Source: an uncultured bacterium
GTDB lineage: Bacteria; Hydrothermota; UBA3072
Reading direction: 5' to 3'
Assembly: GCA_964556365.1 (NCBI GenBank)
Contig: CAZKVT010000006.1
Coordinates: 25,114-89,113, forward strand
Length of the DNA stretch: 64,000 bases
Positions within the stretch are counted from its first letter, which is position 1; the number at the start of each line of letters is the position of its first letter. Of the stretch, positions 36,828-46,170 are shown piece by piece. A program made the translations under genes and the position numbers. The notes beneath the pieces are model-generated. The model ran no database searches. It saw nothing but the letters and a program-made list of their open reading frames with translations, and was not told the DNA's origin.

Positions 36828-38984
36828 TTACATTTCCTTATGTTTGCATTTAAGACAGTAAAGGTAAGTTTGTCTCGCTGTTATTTTCTCCACCATAAAG
36901 GGAGCATTACATTTCGGACATTCCTCCGCGACAGGTTTGTTCCATAGAACATTATCGCAATCCTCCTCTGAACAGGGATAAAAAATCCTTCCCTTTTTGG
37001 ATTTTCTTTCGATAAATTCACCTTTACCACACTTAGAACATTTCACACCTGTAGAAACCGGAGCACTCCAGTCACAGTCAGGATAATTGGCACAGGCTTT
37101 AAACCTTCCGAATCTTCCTTGCCTTAGTATTACTTTTCCCCCGCATTTCGGACATTTCTCATCTAGAATATCATCGGAATGAGGTTCGGTATAACCTTCG
37201 CAATCTTCAGGATAACCCGGACAGGCAAGAAACTTACCGTAACGTCCCCATTTCACGATTAAATACTTCCCGCATTTGGGACATTTTTTATCGGTTTTTT
37301 CACTTATGCTGTCTTTAATCTCTGGAATCTTTTTCTCAAGAGCTTCTATATCGTTCTTGAAAGAATCATAAAAGTCTTTAACGGATTTCTGCCAGTCTTC
37401 TTTACCCTGCTCAATACTATCCAGAGTTTCTTCCATTCTGGATGTAAAATCACTATTTATTATTGTAGAGCCGAAATTAGAAACAAGAACTTTATTTACA
37501 ATTTTACCAATTTCCTGCGGAACGAGAAAACTCTTTATCTTTTTTATATATGTTCTTACTAAAAGAGTCGAAATTGTCGGAGAGTAAGTACTTGGTCTGC
37601 CAATCCCCAGTTTCTCCATTTCTCTAACCATTGTAGCTTCAGAATATCTTGCGGGAGGTTCTGTCGTCTTTTTTTCGTCATCGAGCTTTTTAAGACTCAC
37701 CGGATCATCTACCTCCATTAAAGGTATCACATTTGGCTCTTTAGAAGGAGAAAGAATTTTATGAAAACCATCAAATTTTAAATTTCTCGAAGAACCGCTA
37801 AATTCATGAGAAGAAGATACTACAGTAACCTTCCGTGAATCAAAAACGGCACATTCAAACTGACTCGCAAGAGCTCTTTCCCAAATAAGCTTATACAGCT
37901 TATACTCATCCGGTTTTAAATGCTTTTTAATGGCTTCGGGTTCTTTATTTATATCCGTGGGCCTTATAGCTTCATGCGCTTCCTGCGCACCTTTCTTAGA
38001 TTTAAAAACATTGGGTTTTGACGGCAGATATTTATCTCCGTACTTATTCTTGATAAATTCTCTTATACTGTTTTCAGCGTCTTTAGAAAGCCTGAAAGAA
38101 TCTGTTCTCATATAAGTAATTAAACCCATCGTACCTTCAGGAAGTTCGATACCTTCATATAAACGCTGTGCGACATACATTGTCTTTTTTATCGGAAAAC
38201 CAAAATTATTGGAAGCAGCTCTCTGCAAAGTACTTGTTATTAAAGGCGGAAAAGTCGATTTTTTAACATCTTCTTTTTTAAATTCCTTTACTTTAAAATC
38301 CGCATTCTTTAAATCATTCTTAATTTTTTCCGCTTCTTTTTTACTTGAAACAATTGCTTTTTTGCCGTTTATTTTTTTAAGATCTGCCTCAAATTCGCCA
38401 TTCTTATGAATAAAAAAACCATTGAAAACCCAATAATCTTCAGGAACAAAATCGTCTATTTCTTTTTCTCTTTCACAAATAAGACGCAAAACTACACTCT
38501 GTACCCTTCCAGCAGATAAACCTCTTCTAATAACTTTCCAGAGTAAAGGGCTGATTTTATATCCAACCAGTCTATCTAAAATTCTTCTGGTTCTTTGAGA
38601 GAAAACCCTATTCATATCGACTTCGACAGGCTCGCTAATACCTTTATTTATGCCGTTTTTGGTCATCTCATAGAACATAACCCTTTTGGGTTTAACGGGC
38701 AATTCCTCCTGCAAGTGATAAGCAATTGCCTCTCCTTCTCTATCGGGATCGGTCGCGATAAAAACTGTGCCACTCTTTTTACTTGCTTTAACTATCTCTC
38801 TGACTATTTTACCTTTCCCTCTTATTATTTGATAATCAGGAGCGAACCCATTATCTATATCTATTCCCATCTTACTTTTGGGTAAATCTTTAATATGACC
38901 CACTGTTGCCATCACCTTTGTTTTTTTAAGGTAATTGGTTATTGTCCTGGCTTTTGCCGGAGATTCAACTATCACCAAATCCAT
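36828..38984 (-). CDS. topA: DNA topoisomerase I (type IA) with C-terminal zinc ribbons
   Basis: 'VESPAK', 'DPDREGE', 'SAGRVQS', catalytic 'ITYMRTDS', 'QEAHEAIRPT', 'GIGRPST'. Confidence 0.96.
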   Translation of the reverse strand: MDLVIVESPAKARTITNYLKKTKVMATVGHIKDLPKSKMGIDIDNGFAPDYQIIRGKGKIVREIVKASKKSGTVFIATDPDREGEAIAYHLQEELPVKPKRVMFYEMTKNGINKGISEPVEVDMNRVFSQRTRRILDRLVGYKISPLLWKVIRRGLSAGRVQSVVLRLICEREKEIDDFVPEDYWVFNGFFIHKNGEFEADLKKINGKKAIVSSKKEAEKIKNDLKNADFKVKEFKKEDVKKSTFPPLITSTLQRAASNNFGFPIKKTMYVAQRLYEGIELPEGTMGLITYMRTDSFRLSKDAENSIREFIKNKYGDKYLPSKPNVFKSKKGAQEAHEAIRPTDINKEPEAIKKHLKPDEYKLYKLIWERALASQFECAVFDSRKVTVVSSSHEFSGSSRNLKFDGFHKILSPSKEPNVIPLMEVDDPVSLKKLDDEKKTTEPPARYSEATMVREMEKLGIGRPSTYSPTISTLLVRTYIKKIKSFLVPQEIGKIVNKVLVSNFGSTIINSDFTSRMEETLDSIEQGKEDWQKSVKDFYDSFKNDIEALEKKIPEIKDSISEKTDKKCPKCGKYLIVKWGRYGKFLACPGYPEDCEGYTEPHSDDILDEKCPKCGGKVILRQGRFGRFKACANYPDCDWSAPVSTGVKCSKCGKGEFIERKSKKGRIFYPCSEEDCDNVLWNKPVAEECPKCNAPFMVEKITARQTYLYCLKCKHKEM

Positions 38985-38997
38985 TATACTAAACCCT

Positions 38998-39039
38998 CAA
39001 GCAATTTAGATTGCTTCGTCGCCTTGCTCCTCGCAATGG
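38998..39039. repeat. REP-like palindromic element remnant (GATTGCTTCG...CTCGCAATG type)
   Basis: aagcaat-ttag-attgctt hairpin followed by cgtcgccttgctcctcgcaatg. Confidence 0.55.
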
Positions 39040-39072
39040 TATATTCTTTTCTTAAATCAAATAAATAATCAA

Positions 39073-40089
39073 TCATCTAACATCCTTCCGTTTATCATTG
39101 GTTTCATTTAAAAATCTGATAAGCTTTCTCATATCATCATAAATAGGGGCAGTAAATTTCACTCTTTTATTTTTTACCGGATGAGTGAATTCCAGTGATG
39201 CTGCGTGAAGTGCCTGCCTATCTATAATCTCCATTATCTTATCAAAAGCATCGGCATAGTCAAGGCCTATTCTTCTTAAAACATTTTTATCTCTCCCCCC
39301 ATAATTCTCATCTCCGATTACAGGATAACCGAAATGGGATAAATGCACCCTGATCTGGTGAGTCCTTCCAGTCGCAAGCCGAATTTTTAGTATCGAAGCA
39401 AAACCATAAGAATAAATAACCTTAAACATGGTAAGAGAATCCCTCGCGTTTAAAGGTGTAACGGACATTAATTTTCTATCGAAAGAACTTCTTCCGATTG
39501 GCGCGTTTATTTTTCCTTCTTTCATAGGTGGTTTTCCCCAAACAACAGCCAGATAAATTTTCTCGACTTCTCTTCTTTGAAACTGCATCGCTATTTTAGC
39601 GTGGACTCTCTCACTTTTTGCGAATACTATGACACCTGTTGTGTCTTCGTCGAGTCTATGTATAACACCCGGTCTATCCATACCGGAGCCTTCAGAAAGA
39701 TCAGAACAATGTGAGAGAAGAGCGTTAACAAGTGTACCGTCGGAATTTCCCTTCGCGGGATGAACTACAATATCTTTCTGCTTATTTAAAACAATTATAT
39801 CCTGGTCTTCATATATAACAGAAATCGGTATTTTCTGAGGTTTTAACTCAAAAGGCTTCCATTCCTTATATAAAGCCCTAATAACATCACCTTTTTTAAC
39901 ATTGTAAGATGGTTTTGAAACTTCACCGTTGACGAGTATTTCTTTGTTCTCTATTTTTTTCTTTATTCTACTTCTACTAAACGGAAGACTGGTTTTAGAA
40001 AGATATGTATCAAGTCTTACATTCTCACTCCTAACCTCCTCCTCCCAAACCTTATTATTATCAAGATTGTCTCCATTCTCTTTCTTCAT
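39073..40089 (-). CDS. rluD: RluA family pseudouridine synthase (RluD-like)
   Basis: S4 domain 'RLDTYLS', 'VVHPA', catalytic 'HRLDEDTTG', 'TGRTHQIRVH', 'QALHA'. Confidence 0.88.
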   Translation of the reverse strand: MKKENGDNLDNNKVWEEEVRSENVRLDTYLSKTSLPFSRSRIKKKIENKEILVNGEVSKPSYNVKKGDVIRALYKEWKPFELKPQKIPISVIYEDQDIIVLNKQKDIVVHPAKGNSDGTLVNALLSHCSDLSEGSGMDRPGVIHRLDEDTTGVIVFAKSERVHAKIAMQFQRREVEKIYLAVVWGKPPMKEGKINAPIGRSSFDRKLMSVTPLNARDSLTMFKVIYSYGFASILKIRLATGRTHQIRVHLSHFGYPVIGDENYGGRDKNVLRRIGLDYADAFDKIMEIIDRQALHAASLEFTHPVKNKRVKFTAPIYDDMRKLIRFLNETNDKRKDVR

Positions 40090-40180
40090 AGTATATACCA
40101 AAACCAATTGGAAAACTGCCTTGATTTCATGATAAATAAAATATTAAAAGGTAAAAAGCAAAATTGCAAAACCGGAATAT

Positions 40181-40294
40181 AGGACTTGAGATTTAGGATT
40201 TTTCAAAAAAGAAAAAGACCTGCGATACTCGTGTAATTTGTTTTTACTGTTATTGGGGTTGGGATTGGATTCCGCCTTCTGGCTTCTGGCTTCT
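40181..40294. repeat. Intergenic repeat mosaic
   Basis: ggggttgggatt (40255-40266) is the reverse complement of the 34-nt repeat core; tcgtgtaatttg (40229-40240) is also at 13726-13737; ttctggcttctggcttct 7-nt tandem. Confidence 0.5.
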
Positions 40295-40307
40295 CTTTTA
40301 ACATTAT

Positions 40308-41021
40308 TCATTTAACCCCAAGTGCTTCTTTCTGCTTGGCAATAAGGTCCTTTACTCCCTTCTTTCCGGTATTTATCAATTCATTCAATTCTTCGGAACT
40401 AAAAGAATTTCTTTCCGCGGTACCCTGGATTTCTATCAAACCTCCACTTTCATCTATAACAAGATTAATGTCGACATCCGCATTTGAATCTTCCTCGTAA
40501 TTAAGATCAAGCAATAATTCATCGTTAACAATACCTCCTGAAACAGCAGCAATCCAACGCTTAAGAGGTATCTTTTTGATTTCTTTCATAGCAACCATTT
40601 GACGGAAAAGCTCATAAACCGATACAACTCCGGCTGTTACCGATGCCGTCCTCGTTCCTCCATCCGCTTGAATCACATCACAATCTACCATAATGGTTTT
40701 TTCCCCAAAAGAATCTAAATCAAACGCCTGTCTTAGGGATCTACCAATCAACCGCTGAATTTCATAATTTCTGCCGGATAAACCATTTCTTTCTCTATTT
40801 ATTCTTGAATTACAACTTTTAGGCAGCATACCATACTGAGCAGTTATCCAACCTCGCCCGGTACCTTTTAAAAACAGCGGAACTGAATCCTTAAGAGTAG
40901 AAGAAACAAGAACAATTGTATTACCCTGTTCTATTAAAACAGAAGCAGGAACCAATTTAAGATAATTGACTTTAATTCCTACCTTGCGTATTTTATTATT
41001 TGCTCTTTTCTTCCGGGACAT
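40308..41021 (-). CDS. rph: Ribonuclease PH
   Basis: 'GWITAQYGMLP', 'EIQRLIGRSLR', 'ADGGTRTAS', 'DLNYEEDS', 'EIQGTAE'. Confidence 0.95.
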   Translation of the reverse strand: MSRKKRANNKIRKVGIKVNYLKLVPASVLIEQGNTIVLVSSTLKDSVPLFLKGTGRGWITAQYGMLPKSCNSRINRERNGLSGRNYEIQRLIGRSLRQAFDLDSFGEKTIMVDCDVIQADGGTRTASVTAGVVSVYELFRQMVAMKEIKKIPLKRWIAAVSGGIVNDELLLDLNYEEDSNADVDINLVIDESGGLIEIQGTAERNSFSSEELNELINTGKKGVKDLIAKQKEALGVK

Positions 41022-41355
41022 TCTTGTTCTTATGTTTCATTGTTATATTACCATCAATTGTAACACCCTCATCCACCACCAATTTTTTACACATTATATC
41101 TCCGTCTATTTCAGCGGAAGCATGAAGAAGAACAGAATTTTCCGCGATTATACCACCGGTACACTTACCGGAAATATTTATTTCTTTAGATTTAATATCC
41201 CCTTCAATTATGCCGGTTTCACCTACAATAACAGCTTCCGTCGCTTCAACCTCTCCTTTAAGTTTTCCGTCTATTCTTACAGATCCGTTTATTCTTATTT
41301 TACCGTCAATCGTGGACCCCTTATGCAAAACATTCATTATTGCGTCTTGTCTCAT
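40996..41355 (-). CDS. Bactofilin (polymer-forming cytoskeletal protein)
   Basis: Beta-helix repeats 'IDGKI...VRIDG...VIVGETG.IEGDI...INISG...L...A.IDGDI...L.VDEG..IDG'. Confidence 0.92.
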   Translation of the reverse strand: MRQDAIMNVLHKGSTIDGKIRINGSVRIDGKLKGEVEATEAVIVGETGIIEGDIKSKEINISGKCTGGIIAENSVLLHASAEIDGDIMCKKLVVDEGVTIDGNITMKHKNKNVPEEKSK

Positions 41356-41357
41356 AC

Positions 41358-42131
41358 CTACCTCCTGATAAGTAAATAATTAATTGGGTTAACCCATTTC
41401 CCTTGCATTTGTACACCATAATGCAGATGAGGAGCATCACTCCTTCCGCTGTTACCTGATAAAGCGATTAATTGATTCTTTTCTACCAGTTGTCCATTCT
41501 CAACCAGGATTTTTTCTAAATGACTATAGAGTGTTACGAAACCCTCATCATTATGAATTTCTAATGTTTTTCCAAGATATTCTCTTTCTCCAATAAAAGC
41601 AACTGTACCATCCATTGTGGAATAAATGGAAGTTCCTTCTTTTAGAGAAATATCTATTGCCTTATGATCCGCCGAAAACCTCTTGCTTATCCAACCTTCC
41701 GCTGTGGGTAATATATTGGGAACAAAATCCTGCAGCCACTCTGCTTCATCTTTCAAACTTATATTTTCACTTATTTTATAAGGTTCTACAGAAGGTTTTT
41801 CTTCTTCGGTTTTATAGAATTCTTCTAGCGAAATTTCTAAACCGAGCGCCCCATTTAATTTGCCGGCAATATCGTAAAACTTTTTCATAGTACTATTTAA
41901 GTTCTCTATTTCTAATGCCCTACTCTCAAGATTAACTACTCTATTCTTCAATAAATTATATTCCGCTTTATTAACAACCATCTTACTGATATTAAAAGAG
42001 AAATATAAAATGGCACATATTATCAGAAGAACTATAACACTTACACTCACTATTATTTTCTTAGTTAAATGGATTTCTTTTACTTCCCCGTTTTCCGGAA
42101 TAATTTGTATTGTATACTTTTTAATGCCCAT
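41358..42131 (-). CDS. M23 family metallopeptidase with N-terminal TM and coiled coil
   Basis: HxxxD 'HKAID', 'LYSHL', 'GNSGRS', HxH 'PHLHY'. Confidence 0.9.
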   Translation of the reverse strand: MGIKKYTIQIIPENGEVKEIHLTKKIIVSVSVIVLLIICAILYFSFNISKMVVNKAEYNLLKNRVVNLESRALEIENLNSTMKKFYDIAGKLNGALGLEISLEEFYKTEEEKPSVEPYKISENISLKDEAEWLQDFVPNILPTAEGWISKRFSADHKAIDISLKEGTSIYSTMDGTVAFIGEREYLGKTLEIHNDEGFVTLYSHLEKILVENGQLVEKNQLIALSGNSGRSDAPHLHYGVQMQGKWVNPINYLLIRR

Positions 42132-42148
42132 TATCTAAATTGAAGTTA

Positions 42149-42958
42149 TTATCTTGTCCTTTTTATTAAATTATGAATTCTCTCCAAATCTTCATCTGAA
42201 TAGAATTCTATTATTAGTTGATTTTTTTTCTTCCCTGTTTTTATTTTTACTTCAGTATTGAAAAAATGCATTAGTTCCTCTCGTAGATCCTTATACTTTG
42301 CGGGTGTCTCTAACTTTTTCTTTTTTCTTCCTGAAGCTTTCTCAGCCTCTCTAACGGTTTTTTTGCCTTTTATTATATTATCGAATTCTTTTAAAATCTT
42401 ATCTTTATCTTTAAAACCCAAAAGTGCTCTCGCATGCCCTTCAGTTATCTCATTCTCCATTAAGGCTTTTTTAACTCTCTCGGGAAGAGAAAGTAATCTC
42501 ATTTTATTTGTTATTGTGGTCCTGGCCTTACCTACCCTCTCGGCTATTTCTTCCTGTGTAAGATTAAATTCCGCGTTCAAATTATAATAAGCTTCCGCTT
42601 CCTCCATAGGACTCAAATCTTCTCTCTGTACATTCTCGATTATGGCAATTTCGAGAACTTCTCTGTCTGAAAGCTTTCTGAAAATAGCGGGAATTTCTTT
42701 TAAACCGGCTTTTTTAGCTGCTTCAAAACGACGGTGTCCATAAACCAATTCGCTTTTACCATTCTGAAGTCTCCTGAGTAAAACAGGCTGCAGGACCCCA
42801 TTCTGTTTTATCGAATCGACAAGTTCTTTTAAATCATCCGCATTAATTCTTTTTCTGGGTTGCAGGGGTGAATGAACTATTTCCCCAATCGGTATCTTAT
42901 CTTCTTCCACATTGGGGATTAGAGCATCAAACCCCTTGCCAAGTGCCCGTCTTACCAT
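42149..42958 (-). CDS. parB: Chromosome partitioning protein ParB
   Basis: 'ALGKGFDALI', 'GVLQPV', 'YGHRR', 'IIENVQREDL', HTH 'TQEEIA...RTTITN'. Confidence 0.93.
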   Translation of the reverse strand: MVRRALGKGFDALIPNVEEDKIPIGEIVHSPLQPRKRINADDLKELVDSIKQNGVLQPVLLRRLQNGKSELVYGHRRFEAAKKAGLKEIPAIFRKLSDREVLEIAIIENVQREDLSPMEEAEAYYNLNAEFNLTQEEIAERVGKARTTITNKMRLLSLPERVKKALMENEITEGHARALLGFKDKDKILKEFDNIIKGKKTVREAEKASGRKKKKLETPAKYKDLREELMHFFNTEVKIKTGKKKNQLIIEFYSDEDLERIHNLIKRTR

Positions 42959-43709
42959 TCCTTCTCATTACCTCTTTTGCCAGAGCTTTATAAACCTCAG
43001 CTCCTCTTGATTTTAAATCATAATCAAAAATATGCTTTCCGTAACTTGGAGCCTCTGCCAATTTAACATTTCTCGGAATTATAACCTCATATACTTTATC
43101 TCCAAAATACTTACAAACTTCATTAGTAACATCGTGAGCAAGATTTAATCTTGTATCAAAAAGAGTAAGAAGAACTCCTTCAACAGTTAACCTGGAATTT
43201 AACTCTCGTTGTATGCTTCTAACAGTATTCAGCAATTTGCTTAAACCCTCCATCGCGTAGAATTCTGCTTGAATTGGGATTAAAACCGAATCAGCCGACA
43301 CTAAAGTATTTACAGTAAGTAATCCGAGAGAGGGGGGAGAATCGATTAAAATAAAATCATAATATCTTTTCAAAGGCATTATCTTTCGCTTTAACTGCAT
43401 TTCCCTTCCTCTGACATCAACAAGCTCGACTTCCGCACCCACAAGAGAAATATCCGAAGGAATAATATCAAGATAATCAATACTTGTTTTCTTTATAACA
43501 CTCTGTGGATTTCTCCCCTTCACAAGTACATCATATACTGTCGGCGTTACACCAGTAAAACCCAACCCACTCGTAGCATTCGCTTGAGGATCCATATCGA
43601 TTAAAAGAGCACGCTGTTTGTATAATGAAAGCCCCGCAGCCAAATTGACCGCGGTAGTAGTTTTTCCCACACCACCCTTCTGGTTGACAATCGAAATACT
43701 CTTTCCCAT
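42927..43709 (-). CDS. parA: Chromosome partitioning ATPase ParA/Soj
   Basis: Deviant Walker A 'NQKGGVGKTTT', 'DMDPQANAT', 'DSPPSLG', 'IPRNVKLAEAPS'. Confidence 0.95.
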   Translation of the reverse strand: MGKSISIVNQKGGVGKTTTAVNLAAGLSLYKQRALLIDMDPQANATSGLGFTGVTPTVYDVLVKGRNPQSVIKKTSIDYLDIIPSDISLVGAEVELVDVRGREMQLKRKIMPLKRYYDFILIDSPPSLGLLTVNTLVSADSVLIPIQAEFYAMEGLSKLLNTVRSIQRELNSRLTVEGVLLTLFDTRLNLAHDVTNEVCKYFGDKVYEVIIPRNVKLAEAPSYGKHIFDYDLKSRGAEVYKALAKEVMRRNGKTGTWQGV

Positions 43710-43715
43710 ACTATC

Positions 43716-46166
43716 TCAGAGGACTTCGGCAACAGAACGGGAGGAGAAAAAAATTAAATTATTGTCTTCTCTGGAAACAACAATTTTGTTTCCCTTTTCC
43801 CATTTCCCTTTTAAGAAACCTTCTGCTAAATTATCCTCTAAATGCCTCTGAATTAATCTTTTTAGTGGACGGGCTCCGTATTCGGGATCAAAGCCTTTCT
43901 CTATAAGAAAATCCTTTGCTTCTCCGGTAAGAGAAATCTCAAACCCTTTTTCCTCGACTCGCTCCCTTACATCCCGGAAAAATATATCCACTATCGAAGA
44001 CATTACCTCTATATCGAGAGATTTGAAAACAACACTCTCATCAATACGATTTAAAAATTCAGGACTAAATCTTTCTTTGATTTCCTCGAGAAGATATGAT
44101 TTCATCTCCTCGTATTTAACACCCTTACCAGGTTTTTTAAAACCAACATGAGAACCACGCATTATTTCTCTTGTTCCTATATTAGACGTCATAATAATAA
44201 CGGTATTTTGAAAAGAAACTTTTCTTCCGTATGCGTCAGTAAGAATCCCTTCATCAAAAACCTGAAGAAGAATATTATAAACATCAGGATGAGATTTTTC
44301 TATCTCATCTAAAAGAATAACAGAATAAGGTCTCCTTCTGACAGTTTCAGTTAATACCCCACCTTCATCATATCCAACATATCCGGGAGGAGCACCTATC
44401 AGTTTAGAGACGTTAAATCTCTCCATATATTCACTCATATCTATTCTAACCAGAGCATCTTCTGTGTTAAAAAGGAATTTAGCAAGCTGTTTCGCCAACT
44501 CTGTCTTACCAACTCCCGAGGGGCCAAGAAACAGAAAAGCTCCTAAAGGTCTTTTCATATCACGAAGACCAGCCCTGCTTCTCCGGATCGCACGAGAGAC
44601 CACTTTAATCGCTTCATCCTGTCCCACCAGTCTCCTTCTAATTTCATCTTCCATTGAAAGAAGCCGCTCTGTCTCTTCTTCTTTAAGCCTTTTAAGAGGA
44701 ACTCCCGTCCAAAGGGAAATAACTTCTCTTATATCATCTTCAGAAACGGCCACTTGCTTAAGACCCTCGTATTTTCCCCAATCTTCCAAGCTTTTCTCGA
44801 GTTTACCTTCGATTTCATCCCTTCTGTCACGCAGTTCAATTGCAATTTCATACTTTCCTTCTTCCCTTACTTTTATTAATTCCTCTTTTACCTCTCGCAA
44901 TTCTCCCTCGAGATTTACAATTTCATCGGGAACTTTAGTTTCCCTTAACCTGACTTTGGCTCCTGTTTCATCCAGGACATCGATTGCCTTATCAGGAAGA
45001 TTTCTATCTGCTATATATTGACAGGAAAGTTTTACAGCTACTTTAATTACTTCATCGGTATAAGTAACCTTATGAAAATCCTCATATTTACGTTTAATAC
45101 CGTTTAAAATGTCTATTGTTTCATTTACTGTAGGAGGATCTATAAGAATCATTTGCAATCTTCTTTCAAGAGCGCCATCTTTCTCTATATATTTCCTGTA
45201 TTCTTCAGTAGTAGTAGCTCCAATTGTTTGAATTTCACCCCTGGCAAGAATTGGTTTTAGCATATTAGAAGCATCGATCGCTCCTTCGGCAGCTCCGGCA
45301 CCTACAATTGTATGCATTTCATCGATAAAAAGAATATTATCGGAATCTTTCAATGATTCTAAGATCTGTTTTAACCTTTTTTCAAACTGTCCGCGGTATT
45401 TTGTTCCCGCTATAATAGAAGCGAGATCCATAGAAAGAATCCTCTTCCCCTGAAGCATCTTAGGAATTGAACCTGCAACAATCCTCTGAGCTAAACCCTC
45501 TACTATTGCGGTCTTACCAACACCTGGTTCACCAACAAGCACAGGATTATTCTTTTTTCTTCGACACAAAGTTTGGATTATCCTTTCCATCTCGTTTTCC
45601 CTACCTATTATGGGATCGATTTTCCCTTTCTTCGCGAGTTCGGTAAGGTCCCTCGTATAATAATCAAGCGTTCTGTCGACAGATTTTTTCGGTTTATCTG
45701 TACTTTGCTCACTTACTTTTTCTTTATTGAAAATCTCGAGAAGCATCTGTTTTGCTAAATAATAATCAATTTCCTCGGGTTTTAATATTTCAACGAAAGT
45801 TACTTCATTAGATTTCAGTAAAGATAAAAGTAGATGTTCCGTACCTATTATTTGTCTGCCAAGGACTAAGGCTTCTTCTTTTGCCTGCTCAATGATATTA
45901 ATTGAATCCCCCGATAAACCTATCGGTTCTTTTATAATTGAAACTCCACTAATACCCCTTACAAGCCTTAGAATACGATTCTCGAGCGCCTCAATATCGA
46001 CTCCAGCTTCTTCAATTATGGTAACCGCGATATTGTTTCCGTGTTTTAGTATCGCGAGTAAAAGAATAACCGGAGTAACTTCACTCAAACCAACTTCAAT
46101 GCTCAGATCTTTTGATATTTTCACAACATCTATAAGCTTTTTCGTAAATCTTTCATCCATAAACAT
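43716..46166 (-). CDS. clpC: ATP-dependent Clp protease ATP-binding subunit ClpC
   Basis: Clp N domain, two AAA+ modules (GEPGVGKT/IDEMH; GPSGVGKT/LDEIE), UVR middle domain, ClpP-docking VGF loop. Confidence 0.95.
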   Translation of the reverse strand: MFMDERFTKKLIDVVKISKDLSIEVGLSEVTPVILLLAILKHGNNIAVTIIEEAGVDIEALENRILRLVRGISGVSIIKEPIGLSGDSINIIEQAKEEALVLGRQIIGTEHLLLSLLKSNEVTFVEILKPEEIDYYLAKQMLLEIFNKEKVSEQSTDKPKKSVDRTLDYYTRDLTELAKKGKIDPIIGRENEMERIIQTLCRRKKNNPVLVGEPGVGKTAIVEGLAQRIVAGSIPKMLQGKRILSMDLASIIAGTKYRGQFEKRLKQILESLKDSDNILFIDEMHTIVGAGAAEGAIDASNMLKPILARGEIQTIGATTTEEYRKYIEKDGALERRLQMILIDPPTVNETIDILNGIKRKYEDFHKVTYTDEVIKVAVKLSCQYIADRNLPDKAIDVLDETGAKVRLRETKVPDEIVNLEGELREVKEELIKVREEGKYEIAIELRDRRDEIEGKLEKSLEDWGKYEGLKQVAVSEDDIREVISLWTGVPLKRLKEEETERLLSMEDEIRRRLVGQDEAIKVVSRAIRRSRAGLRDMKRPLGAFLFLGPSGVGKTELAKQLAKFLFNTEDALVRIDMSEYMERFNVSKLIGAPPGYVGYDEGGVLTETVRRRPYSVILLDEIEKSHPDVYNILLQVFDEGILTDAYGRKVSFQNTVIIMTSNIGTREIMRGSHVGFKKPGKGVKYEEMKSYLLEEIKERFSPEFLNRIDESVVFKSLDIEVMSSIVDIFFRDVRERVEEKGFEISLTGEAKDFLIEKGFDPEYGARPLKRLIQRHLEDNLAEGFLKGKWEKGNKIVVSREDNNLIFFSSRSVAEVL

Positions 46167-46170
46167 AGGA

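Noticed and set aside
42149-43709. parS sites near parAB
   Set aside because: I did not find a TGTTTCACGTGAAACA-like palindrome by eye; a motif scan would be needed to exclude degenerate sites.
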